A stretch of 24,000 nt of DNA from Candidatus Heimdallarchaeota archaeon (lineage in GTDB: Archaea > Asgardarchaeota > Heimdallarchaeia > Heimdallarchaeales > Heimdallarchaeaceae), in the NCBI GenBank assembly GCA_016839945.1, contig JAEOTE010000067.1, positions 4,776 through 28,775 on the forward strand, read 5' to 3'. Both the position numbers and the translations under genes were made by a program. Shown piece by piece: positions 15,228 to 23,440 of this stretch (position 1 is its first letter; every line of letters begins with the position of its first letter). The notes below the pieces were generated by a model. The model saw nothing but the letters and a program-made list of their open reading frames with translations, did no database searches and was not told where the DNA came from.

Positions 15228-17327
15228 TTGTCTTCCATAGCAGGACCCTTCATTCTTGGTATTTCAGAAAAACCACAAGCTGCAAGCAGAATAGCTATGG
15301 CTTTGGATGAGAAAAATAAACCAACCATGAAGAAGGTTGAGAACATATCTGTTTTCGTATGCAATAGAGATGGAAAAAAGATTGTTGTAGCACCTGCATT
15401 GGGGCATTTATTCTCTCTCTCTTCAATAAGCAAAACTTGGAATTATCCTGTTTTAGATTATGAATGGGTACCAAGTTATATCGAAAATAAGAATTTGAAA
15501 ACAAAAAATTTTATCGCTGCTTTTAAGACTTTGGCTAAAAATGCAGAGGGAGTCATATTAATGACTGATTTTGATAGAGAGGGAGAAGTAATAGGCTATC
15601 TTATACTCAAATATGCTATTGGAAGAACACAAGCAGAAAGAATGAAATTTTCTACTCTCACAAGAACTGATATCTTAACAGCATATAACAATAGGGAAAA
15701 AACCTTAGATTTGGGTTTTTTGAATTCAGGATTACTTCGTCACTATGTAGATTGGTTGTATGGTATAAATTATTCAAGAGCTTTAAGTTCTGCATTAAAG
15801 AGAGTTTCTGGAAGGTTTAGAACAATATCAATTGGTAGAGTACAGGGACCTACATTAGGTGCTGTGGTTGCATTAGAAAATGATTTGGAGTTATTTGTTC
15901 CTATACCTTATTGGACAATTGAAAGTAAGGTTCATATAGGGAATAAATTGTTCCCAGCATTTTATGAAAAATCGAAAATCGCTACTCATCATGAAGCATT
16001 ACAAATAACTAGAGATTGTAATAGTTTAGTGGGTAAAGTTTACGATATAACAAAGGAACAAGCTCCAATTTATCCTTTTCCACCTTTCAACTTAGGAGAT
16101 CTTCAAAGAGAAAGCTATAAACATTTTAAATTTTCACCAAGTAAGACACTTGCAATAGCTGAAAAATTATATCTGAATGCATTAATATCATATCCGAGAA
16201 CTGATAGTCAAAAGTTACCTATGACCTTGGGGCATAAAACTACATTACAAAAACTTTCAAACCAATCAAAGTATGCAATCTTTGCAAAAGAAATACTAGA
16301 TAATAAGAAGTTTAAACCTAGGGAAGGCAAAAAAACAGATGCAGCACATCCTGCAATTCATCCTACTGGTAACAAACCAGAAACAAATCTTCAAGCTAAT
16401 GAACAAAAATTATATGATTTAATCGTGAAACGATACCTCTCTGTTTTTGGTAGAAATGCTTCAATTGAAAGAAGTAAAATAAAGATAGATGTCAATAATC
16501 ACAAATTTGAGGTTAGAGGAAGTCAAATTCTAGATGAAGGTTGGATTAGATATTATAAACCGTATTATTCACTTAAAGAACAACTATTACCAGAAATCAA
16601 AATAGATAGTGAGATAAAATTCAAATTTATTGATGCAAAAGAACGTTATTCGTCTCCACCATATCGTTATAATGAATCAACGCTTCTTAAAAAGATGGAA
16701 GACGAAAAAATCGGAACTAAAGCTACAAGAGCAGGAATAATCCAAACCTTGTTTGATAGAGGTTATATTGAGGGGAAAGTAATAGCATCTACACCTTTGG
16801 GAAATGCAGTAGTTAGAGTTTTGAAAGATGAGTATCCAATATTAGTAAAATCTGAGATGACACGAAATTTAGAAAATATGATGGAGAAAGTCCAAGAGGA
16901 AAAAAGTGAGGTAGAGAATATTGTCCTAGAAATAAAAAAAGAATTGAAGGAAATGCTAGTTTTATTTCACAAAAAAGAAGCTGAAATTGGTCTCTCACTT
17001 TATGAGGATCTTCAAAGAACAGAAAAATCAGATTTACTAATTATTGGTAAATGTTTAGAATGTAAAAAAGGAGAACTAAGAGTTATCAAATCAAGAAAAA
17101 CAGGAAAGAGATTTATTGCTTGTTCTTCATATTTTGATAAATCAATAAATTGTACCGCTACATATCCTTTGCCCGGTACAGGTATAATCAAACAAACCTC
17201 AAAGACATGTCCTCACGATGGTTTACCTCTAATTGAGTGGAGGAAAGGAAAGCTTAGAAAGATAATATGTATATCTCCAGAATGCCCGTCTAAAAAGGAA
17301 GAAGCGAAAAATGAAATCAAGAAATAA
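15228..17327 (+). CDS. topA: DNA topoisomerase, type IA (TopA/Topo III-like) with C-terminal zinc ribbons
   Basis: 699 aa. Toprim start FILGISEKPQAASRIA and acidic cluster MTDFDREGE. Active-site tyrosine block LISYPRTDSQKLP, then AAHPAIHPTG. C-terminal Cys motifs CLECKKG...CSS and CPHDG...CISPEC. The conserved N-terminus requires the TTG start at 15228, with GGTG 10 nt upstream. Confidence 0.9.
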   Translation: MSSIAGPFILGISEKPQAASRIAMALDEKNKPTMKKVENISVFVCNRDGKKIVVAPALGHLFSLSSISKTWNYPVLDYEWVPSYIENKNLKTKNFIAAFKTLAKNAEGVILMTDFDREGEVIGYLILKYAIGRTQAERMKFSTLTRTDILTAYNNREKTLDLGFLNSGLLRHYVDWLYGINYSRALSSALKRVSGRFRTISIGRVQGPTLGAVVALENDLELFVPIPYWTIESKVHIGNKLFPAFYEKSKIATHHEALQITRDCNSLVGKVYDITKEQAPIYPFPPFNLGDLQRESYKHFKFSPSKTLAIAEKLYLNALISYPRTDSQKLPMTLGHKTTLQKLSNQSKYAIFAKEILDNKKFKPREGKKTDAAHPAIHPTGNKPETNLQANEQKLYDLIVKRYLSVFGRNASIERSKIKIDVNNHKFEVRGSQILDEGWIRYYKPYYSLKEQLLPEIKIDSEIKFKFIDAKERYSSPPYRYNESTLLKKMEDEKIGTKATRAGIIQTLFDRGYIEGKVIASTPLGNAVVRVLKDEYPILVKSEMTRNLENMMEKVQEEKSEVENIVLEIKKELKEMLVLFHKKEAEIGLSLYEDLQRTEKSDLLIIGKCLECKKGELRVIKSRKTGKRFIACSSYFDKSINCTATYPLPGTGIIKQTSKTCPHDGLPLIEWRKGKLRKIICISPECPSKKEEAKNEIKK

Positions 17328-17559
17328 CCATCTTAAATGTCCTATTTGCAAGAGAGATAAAGAACTCGCTCAAATGAAATATTGTGCAACCCATAATGAA
17401 GCAAAAGAAAAACTACAAAAAGGTTATGAGTCGTGGTTAAAAGCGTATAATATCCTCTCATGGGATGATTATCTTCAGCAATTATTATCTCTCGAAGGAG
17501 AAGTGGGGAATCTTATTAGAGATGTAGCTGAATATGAACTTTATTTTAAACAAGATTAA
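17311..17559 (+). CDS. Hypothetical small protein with an N-terminal CxxC...CxxH zinc-knuckle-like motif
   Basis: 82 aa. The ATG overlaps the topA 3' end by 17 nt. Sequence CPICKRDKELAQMKYCATH is followed by a helical-looking, non-low-complexity region. I recognise no family. Confidence 0.45.
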   Translation: MKSRNNHLKCPICKRDKELAQMKYCATHNEAKEKLQKGYESWLKAYNILSWDDYLQQLLSLEGEVGNLIRDVAEYELYFKQD

Positions 17560-17606
17560 TAGAATATTGGAACAAAAATTCAGTTTTTTATAGAAATTCT
17601 AACTAA

Positions 17607-17846
17607 TTAGGAAAACAAAGCTGTGTGAATTTGTTCTCTTTCAGGCAATCCTTCGATTTTTATTTTACCTACCAAAATTGTTGGAATAGAAGATATATTT
17701 GACTGTTCTTTGAATTTTATATTCACACTTTTATACTGAAAAAGACCATCATATTCATCCAGAACTGTCTTAAGTATATTCTCAGCTACGTTACAATATG
17801 GACAGTCTTCTGCAGTATACAATACAATTTCTTTCATTCTATACAT
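17607..17846 (-). CDS. Glutaredoxin/thioredoxin-fold small redox protein
   Basis: 79 aa. The CPYC active site sits in IVLYTAEDCPYCNVAENIL. A cis-Pro-type motif IPTILVG is followed by G..ERE, matching a glutaredoxin-like fold and size. Confidence 0.65.
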   Translation of the reverse strand: MYRMKEIVLYTAEDCPYCNVAENILKTVLDEYDGLFQYKSVNIKFKEQSNISSIPTILVGKIKIEGLPEREQIHTALFS

Positions 17847-17945
17847 GTTCTTAATTTTAATATTAAAAAATCAACAAAAATTTTGGGACTAGCGTGGATG
17901 ACATGCGAATATTACACTTATCATTTTAACTAGTTTGACTATAAA

Positions 17946-18245
17946 CTAGATTGAATCACAAGAACAAGGATTACTACTGCACCTTGGACAAATCTCATCA
18001 TATTTCTCTTTAAAAGCTGAAGAAACATCTATTTTCAAGATATTTGCAATGCTTAAGGTCCATGCAATTATGTCAACAATCTCTTCTTTTATTTTTTCTT
18101 CATCCTCTAGAAGAACTGACTCAGCTAATTCTCCCATCTCTTCCATTAATTTAAGTACTGTTTTTTCAGTACCTCTTTTACTATCTTTTTCCAAATATAA
18201 ATTCTTCATTAATTCCTGAGATTCCTTAATAATTCTCACCCTCAT
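17946..18245 (-). CDS. MazG-like nucleotide pyrophosphohydrolase domain protein
   Basis: 99 aa. LMEEMGELAESV...EEIVDIIAWTLSIANILKIDVSSAFKEKY matches the MazG EExxE...ExxD four-helix motif. There is an unusual Cys-rich tail, CPRCSSNPCSC. Confidence 0.6.
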   Translation of the reverse strand: MRVRIIKESQELMKNLYLEKDSKRGTEKTVLKLMEEMGELAESVLLEDEEKIKEEIVDIIAWTLSIANILKIDVSSAFKEKYDEICPRCSSNPCSCDSI

Positions 18246-18260
18246 AAATCGATAAGATTC

Positions 18261-18461
18261 TCATGGTGCAGGAGCTGTGTAGAAAATATTCCCTACAATA
18301 ACTGCTATAATCAAGACAACACTAAAAATTACAACGTACCAAGGGCCAATTTTAACGCCAGGTAGATCTTCATCATAGTATCTCATCAATCCTGCTCCTG
18401 TTGCAGGCATTGGACTGGTGTCTCTTTTTTTCTTTTTCTGAGAACTACTCATTATTATCAA
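18261..18461 (-). CDS. secG: Preprotein translocase subunit Sec61beta (archaeal SecG)
   Basis: ATGAGLMRYYDEDLPGVKIGPWYVVIFSVVLIIAVIVGNIF matches the Sec61beta signature (sAGL.RYydE....ikI.P..V + one C-terminal TM helix). The start is either M1 (18461) or M4 (18452). Confidence 0.75.
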   Translation of the reverse strand: MIIMSSSQKKKKRDTSPMPATGAGLMRYYDEDLPGVKIGPWYVVIFSVVLIIAVIVGNIFYTAPAP

Positions 18462-18545
18462 AAATCCCTAATAACTAAACTATATATTATTTTTCATCAA
18501 TCACTTTTATTATATATAAAGAAATTAAGAGATTAATGATGGAGA

Positions 18546-18642
18546 TGGCGACCCCGACGCGATTCGAACGCGCGACCACCAACTTTCTTCAAGAAGCTTG
18601 AATTTAGAAGGCTGGTGCTCTATCCAGCTGAGCTACGGGGTC
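18546..18642 (-). tRNA. tRNA-Arg (anticodon UCU) with a 20-nt intron at the canonical 37/38 position; CCA is encoded
   Basis: Reverse strand: GACCCCG-TA-GCTC-AGCTGGATA-GAGC-A-CCAGC-CTTCTA^[AATTCAAGCTTCTTGAAGAA]^A-GTTGG-TGGTC-GCGCG-TTCGAAT-CGCGT-CGGGGTC-G-CCA. The intron is at 18585..18604. Intron GAAG can pair with C32-C35 (CTTC), leaving two 3-nt bulges (TA|A and AA|A) that carry the splice sites, which is a bulge-helix-bulge-like arrangement. Confidence 0.85.
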
Positions 18643-18666
18643 ATTACAAGGTTTATCTTCCTTCAT

Positions 18667-18678
18667 GATATTTAAATC
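18667..18678 (-). promoter_or_regulatory. Candidate TATA box for tRNA-Arg
   Basis: The minus strand reads GATTTAAATATC (core TTTAAATA, matching archaeal TTTAWATA). It lies ~25-36 nt upstream of the tRNA 5' end at 18642. Confidence 0.4.
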
Positions 18679-18750
18679 TTAAACTTTTTGATGTAAGGAT
18701 TCTTTTTATTCTGTATTCGAAAATTATATATTTGTTTACCAAATCAAAAA

Positions 18751-20337
18751 ATGCTTATGGATTCTTCAAAGCAACTTAGTAAGCTTATATTGGCAGGATA
18801 TCAATTAACTCCAGAAGCTTATAATTATATGGTTTCTGTAGATAATATAGAGGAGATAATTGAAGAAATATTATCCTCTAAAATTCAAACAGTTATCTTG
18901 TCCTTACAAGATATTAAAAGCATTTTAAATAAGCTAGAGCCAAAGAAAAAGGAAAAAGTTGTTGATGCTGAAGAACCTAAAGTGAAAAAAGAAATTGTAG
19001 AAGAAAAAATATCAGAAATTAAAAAATTAGAAGAAGAAGAGAAAAAAACGCTAAAAACTAGACCTAGAAAGGAGAAATATGTCACAGATTTGGAAATAAT
19101 AAATTCTCCAAAAATTGCAAAATCTCCGGGAAAAATAGAAAATTTTCATCAATATTTAGAAAGTAGATTTCTAAGCATAAATAAGATGTTTTTAAATAGA
19201 CAAGATATAGAAAATAGAGTTAGTATATCTTCTCTTCTTCCAAACAAAAGTAAAGATGAAGTGTCACTTGTTGCAATGGTATTTTCAAAAAGGAAAACAT
19301 CACGTGGAAATTATATTTTAGAATTAGATGATCAGACTGGTAAAATAACAGCTATTATAAGTCCTAGCAGCAAAAATATTGAGTTAGCAAAAAAAGCTAA
19401 AAATATTCTAGAAGACACAGTTTTATGTTTTTCTGGAAATTGGAAAGGTTTTGGGGATAAAAGTAAACTAGAAGTCAAAGATGTTATTTGGCCTGATATC
19501 CCATATGATCGTAAAGCAAACAAATCCTATGAAGATCCATTTGCACTTTTTATTTCAGACATTCATGTAGGGTCAAAAAATTTTGCAGAAAATCTTTTCT
19601 CAAGACTAATAAAATTCTTGAATGGTAAACTTGAATCAAAGAAATGGAATGATGCAGGTGAGCGAGTCAAGTATTTATTTGTAGCTGGTGATTTAGTTGA
19701 TGGAGTAGGTATCTATCCAGGACAAGAAGCAGACCTCATTCAAGAAAACATTCATCTTCAATATCTTCTTTCTACTGCTTATTTTGAAAAAATACGCAGT
19801 GATGTTGAAATTATTATAATTCCTGGAAATCATGATGCTGCGAGAGCTGCTGAACCACAAACACCTATACAAGAAGAATTTGCACCTGAATTATACGCAT
19901 TAGATAATGTTCATCTCTTAGGTAGTCCTGCATATGTAAAAACACATAATGTGGAAGTTTTAATGTCTCATGGAAATTCAATTTTAGACATAAATTCAGC
20001 AATAGTTGATATATCTCATGAAACATCTATACCTGCAATGATTGAAATGCTTAGAAATCGTCATTTAGTTCCCATTTATGGCAGAAGAACTTCTATTGCT
20101 CCAGAGTCTTTTGATCAATTAGTAATATCAAAAATCCCTGATATTTTTCATACTGGTCATACACACATTTCTGGAGATGAAAATTATCGGGGTGTAACTC
20201 TTATTAATTCAGGAACATTTCAATTTCAAACAGATTACCAGAAAAGTATGAATATAAATCCCACAACTGGTAAAACTTGCATTGTGAATCTTAAAACCTT
20301 AGACAGAACAAGAATAGATTTTAACATTATAACATGA
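18751..20337 (+). CDS. polB: DNA polymerase II (PolD) small subunit DP1 (Mre11-like phosphoesterase/exonuclease)
   Basis: 528 aa, with four parts:
- An N-terminal helical domain.
- A K/E-rich linker.
- An OB segment (VSLVAMVFSKRKTSRGNYILELDDQTGKITAII...VLCFSGNW).
- Calcineurin-like phosphoesterase motifs: FISDIHVGS, VAGDLVDG, IIPGNHD, MSHGN, HTGHTH. Confidence 0.92.
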   Translation: MLMDSSKQLSKLILAGYQLTPEAYNYMVSVDNIEEIIEEILSSKIQTVILSLQDIKSILNKLEPKKKEKVVDAEEPKVKKEIVEEKISEIKKLEEEEKKTLKTRPRKEKYVTDLEIINSPKIAKSPGKIENFHQYLESRFLSINKMFLNRQDIENRVSISSLLPNKSKDEVSLVAMVFSKRKTSRGNYILELDDQTGKITAIISPSSKNIELAKKAKNILEDTVLCFSGNWKGFGDKSKLEVKDVIWPDIPYDRKANKSYEDPFALFISDIHVGSKNFAENLFSRLIKFLNGKLESKKWNDAGERVKYLFVAGDLVDGVGIYPGQEADLIQENIHLQYLLSTAYFEKIRSDVEIIIIPGNHDAARAAEPQTPIQEEFAPELYALDNVHLLGSPAYVKTHNVEVLMSHGNSILDINSAIVDISHETSIPAMIEMLRNRHLVPIYGRRTSIAPESFDQLVISKIPDIFHTGHTHISGDENYRGVTLINSGTFQFQTDYQKSMNINPTTGKTCIVNLKTLDRTRIDFNIIT

Positions 20338-20366
20338 AGCAATGGAAAAATGTTATAGATGAGATA

Positions 20367-20780
20367 CTATTCCATCGGCATCTCATCTTCTTCAATTTGT
20401 ACGTATGATAAGATGTCTGCTATTTGTGGTGCATGATTTGAAAGAACAGCAATTGCGTTTTTGAATTCCTCTATATCACTAGTTCCTCCAACCAAATGAA
20501 AATCACCTATAGATTTCAAGATTAAAAAACCATTTTTTCCTCGTACCATTACATCATTTATTGGGGCGAAATTCAGCCTCTCTAGCGCTAATCTTGCAGC
20601 TGCAACAAGGGCTGCTCCTATTGCAGATAATTCAGTTGAATTTGCTCTTTTATCACCAGCATAAAAAGCAATTCTATCTCCTGTAGCTGTTAAAACAGCC
20701 AAAGCTTCCAATTTTGCTTCTTGAGTTATGTCTTTCAATTCTTTAGCTAAAGCATAAGCAATCTTTCTCTCAAGTCTCAT
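20367..20780 (-). CDS. Roadblock/LC7 (MglB-like) domain protein
   Basis: 137 aa. LEALAVLTATGDRIAFYAGDKRANSTELSAIGAALVAAARLALERLNF...VMVRGKNGFLILKSIGDFHLVGGTS fits the alpha-beta-alpha Roadblock pattern: an unstable-region beta hairpin, a long helix, then 'llv...g...l.v.'. Confidence 0.55.
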   Translation of the reverse strand: MRLERKIAYALAKELKDITQEAKLEALAVLTATGDRIAFYAGDKRANSTELSAIGAALVAAARLALERLNFAPINDVMVRGKNGFLILKSIGDFHLVGGTSDIEEFKNAIAVLSNHAPQIADILSYVQIEEDEMPME

Positions 20781-20957
20781 TTGTATCTAATCAATTTAGT
20801 CTGAAATATGTTAATTAACTTTACTATAATTTTCGTAAAAATAATATATTGTACGTAAAAAGCTATATTCATAAGTAATATTTTTAAACGCATTTCTTTA
20901 TCTCACTTCAAATAAAGCATTAGCTAGTTTCGTAGATTGATAATATAGGTGAATTGA

Positions 20958-23231
20958 TTGTCTAGTGGCACAGGGTTAACCGGTATATTAAGTAGAATTT
21001 GGAAAAAGATAGTAGATCACTTTGAAGATTATGAAATTAAGAGAGAGACACTATTGAACAGAATAAGTTTCTTACTTATTCTTGCAATAGGAATCACAGT
21101 TCGATTACTCGCTGTTATGAGAGGTTACGATACTCTGATAAAAGCATTCGATCCTTATGTTCAATTAGTTAGTACTGAATATATAAATCAAAATGGTTTT
21201 ATTGAATTCGTTCATTGGTTTAAATCAGATTCATGGTATCCTTATGGTTTTTACACTGGAAAACTGTTATACTGGGGAGTTCCAACTAGTGCTATAGTAA
21301 TACATGGTTTTCTTAACCTTCTTTCAATAAATGTTTCAATCAAAATAGTTGCTTTTTACAGTCCAGTTTTTTATGGGGCACTAACAATAATAGCTGCATA
21401 TTTTCTTGGGAAGGAGGCTGTAAGTACTAGAACTGGCCTCTTTACAGCTTTCTTTATGGCTATCTCTCCAGCGTTTGTTTCAAGAAGTACGGCTGGTTTC
21501 TTTGACAATGAATCGATAGGGATTCTTTTTACGGTTCTAACCTTGTTCTTCTTTATACGTGCAATCAAAAGAGGAGGAACATTATCAGCTTTTGGGGCAG
21601 GTATAAGTCTTGGTCTCTTAATTGCAAGCTGGGGTGCATATAGATATGTCTTAGATTTGTTACCTCTAGCAGTGTTTTTCTTGGTAATAACAAGAAAATT
21701 GACTTATAAGCTCATAAAAGCGTATACTATTACAATTGTTACAGCTTTAAGTATAGGTTTTCTACTCCCAAGAGTTATCGCAAATCAATTCTTCAATATA
21801 GATGTAATGATTCCTGTACTGATGATAGGTTTTCTAATAATAGTCGGCATTATTCAAAATCTTTCACAGAGTTTAAGTGAGAAGACGTTCAAACAAGTCT
21901 TGATTGTTGGTGCTTTAACAATATTTGTACTCTTAATAATACTAGTAACTGTTTTTCTTTCATTAGGTATATTTACAAACATAGCAACCAAATTCTGGGC
22001 CGTTATCTTACCAGGTGGAAGAGATGCAATACCCATTATAGCTTCAGTAAGCGAACATCAACCCATGACTTGGGCTGAGCTTTTTATGAATCTTCACATT
22101 ATGACCTTCCTTATTCCCTTAGGATTATATTACTGTTTGAAGAAACCAACAGACATTAACATACTAATTGTCGTATGGGGCATTACAACAATTTACTTCT
22201 CTGGATCAATGGTTCGATTAGCTTTATTACTAGCACCCGCAGCAGCTTTAATCAGTGCCATTGCAATCGATAAGTTACTTTATACTTATTCTCTCAGTGC
22301 TCATGGTAAAATTGCTTTAACAAAAAGAAAAATACGCTTAACAAAATCAATAGGAAGAGACGAAGCAATAATTGCTTATGTTGTTATATTTGGATTACTT
22401 ATCGCATTTTCGGTTCATAGTCTAAATATGGCTGATCAATTTTCAAGATCTGAAATGGCCCCAGTGCTTTTTTATCCAAAACCTGGTTTTCCAATGGGTG
22501 ATTGGCAAGAATCCTTGGAATGGATAAGAAACCAAGCGCAGTTAGATGGAATTGTTAAAAATAGCCCTACGGTAGTTTTAAGCTGGTGGGATTATGGTTA
22601 CTGGATTACGAACTATGGTAATGCAACGTCACTTGTAGATAATGCTACAACGAATAGTTCACAAATAGGAACTGTAGGCACTATGCTCATGTGGGATTTC
22701 ATAGAATCCGTTAAACTCATGTACAAGTATAATGTAAAATACGTTCTAGTAAACTCTCAAGCAGGTATTCCAGGTTTAGGATCGGATCTAGGAAAAGCCA
22801 TATGGTGTATAAGAATCGCAGAATCAACAGTATCAAGGTATGGAATTACAGAGGAAGCTTATTATGGTCTAGATGAAGAGAGAAGATATTATCAGTATAA
22901 GGTACCATTCTTTTCTTCTGTTCTCTACAGATTATGTGCTTATGATCGGGAAACAGGTTTCGCTTGGGATTCAAATACTCCAGGAACACCAACAAGTAAC
23001 GAACCTGGACTTCTAAGACTTGCTTCAAGCTATCCAGTTTACGATTTAAAGGGCGACGATGGAGTTACATATTTCAGAGAAGTGTTTAGAAGCTATGGTC
23101 TAGCTGATTCCCTTGAAACAGCTCGTAAATTTCCATTAGTTAGGATATATGAAGTAATATACCCTGAAAACATCGCTCAACTATCTACGGAATTAAACAG
23201 CTTGTATCCTTTAAGCAGCAGTTCTGAATAA
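20958..23231 (+). CDS. aglB: Oligosaccharyltransferase AglB / STT3 homologue
   Basis: 757 aa. It has ~13 predicted TM segments followed by a soluble domain. The first-loop acidic motif is FDPY, and the FFDNESIG block is present. The diagnostic WWDYGYWI motif is followed by VDNATTNSSQIGTVGTML. The first in-frame ATG falls inside TM1, so the TTG start at 20958 (GGTGA 5 nt upstream) is inferred. Confidence 0.9.
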   Translation: MSSGTGLTGILSRIWKKIVDHFEDYEIKRETLLNRISFLLILAIGITVRLLAVMRGYDTLIKAFDPYVQLVSTEYINQNGFIEFVHWFKSDSWYPYGFYTGKLLYWGVPTSAIVIHGFLNLLSINVSIKIVAFYSPVFYGALTIIAAYFLGKEAVSTRTGLFTAFFMAISPAFVSRSTAGFFDNESIGILFTVLTLFFFIRAIKRGGTLSAFGAGISLGLLIASWGAYRYVLDLLPLAVFFLVITRKLTYKLIKAYTITIVTALSIGFLLPRVIANQFFNIDVMIPVLMIGFLIIVGIIQNLSQSLSEKTFKQVLIVGALTIFVLLIILVTVFLSLGIFTNIATKFWAVILPGGRDAIPIIASVSEHQPMTWAELFMNLHIMTFLIPLGLYYCLKKPTDINILIVVWGITTIYFSGSMVRLALLLAPAAALISAIAIDKLLYTYSLSAHGKIALTKRKIRLTKSIGRDEAIIAYVVIFGLLIAFSVHSLNMADQFSRSEMAPVLFYPKPGFPMGDWQESLEWIRNQAQLDGIVKNSPTVVLSWWDYGYWITNYGNATSLVDNATTNSSQIGTVGTMLMWDFIESVKLMYKYNVKYVLVNSQAGIPGLGSDLGKAIWCIRIAESTVSRYGITEEAYYGLDEERRYYQYKVPFFSSVLYRLCAYDRETGFAWDSNTPGTPTSNEPGLLRLASSYPVYDLKGDDGVTYFREVFRSYGLADSLETARKFPLVRIYEVIYPENIAQLSTELNSLYPLSSSSE

Positions 23232-23440
23232 CTGCTGTATCTATTATATTTTTTTCAATACATTGAAGTAAGTAATATGATTTTGAAAACGACTTTGTTT
23301 CTGCCTACTTTTAGTAATCTAAGTAATTAAAACATTAAATGAAAAACAACCGAACCAAAATGCTTTTAATAATTCAACTAGGGGAATTATTAAAATACAA
23401 CCCAAATATTAGTATTCTAATAAAAAAAGGTGTAGAAAAA

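Noticed and set aside
17847-17945. Possible C/D-box sRNA or other small RNA in the 99-nt spacer. GGATGAC on the plus strand and ATGATAA on the minus strand look slightly like C boxes.
   Set aside because: There is no proper RUGAUGA C box paired with a CUGA D box at the right spacing, and no terminal stem. It is most likely promoter/terminator DNA for the flanking minus-strand genes.
18940-19080. Lys/Glu-rich repetitive stretch in the DP1 gene that looks like a nucleotide repeat (GAAGAAGAA/AAAAAG).
   Set aside because: It is in frame within DP1 and encodes the charged linker between the N-terminal domain and the OB fold. This is compositional low complexity, not a discrete tandem repeat or a mobile insertion.
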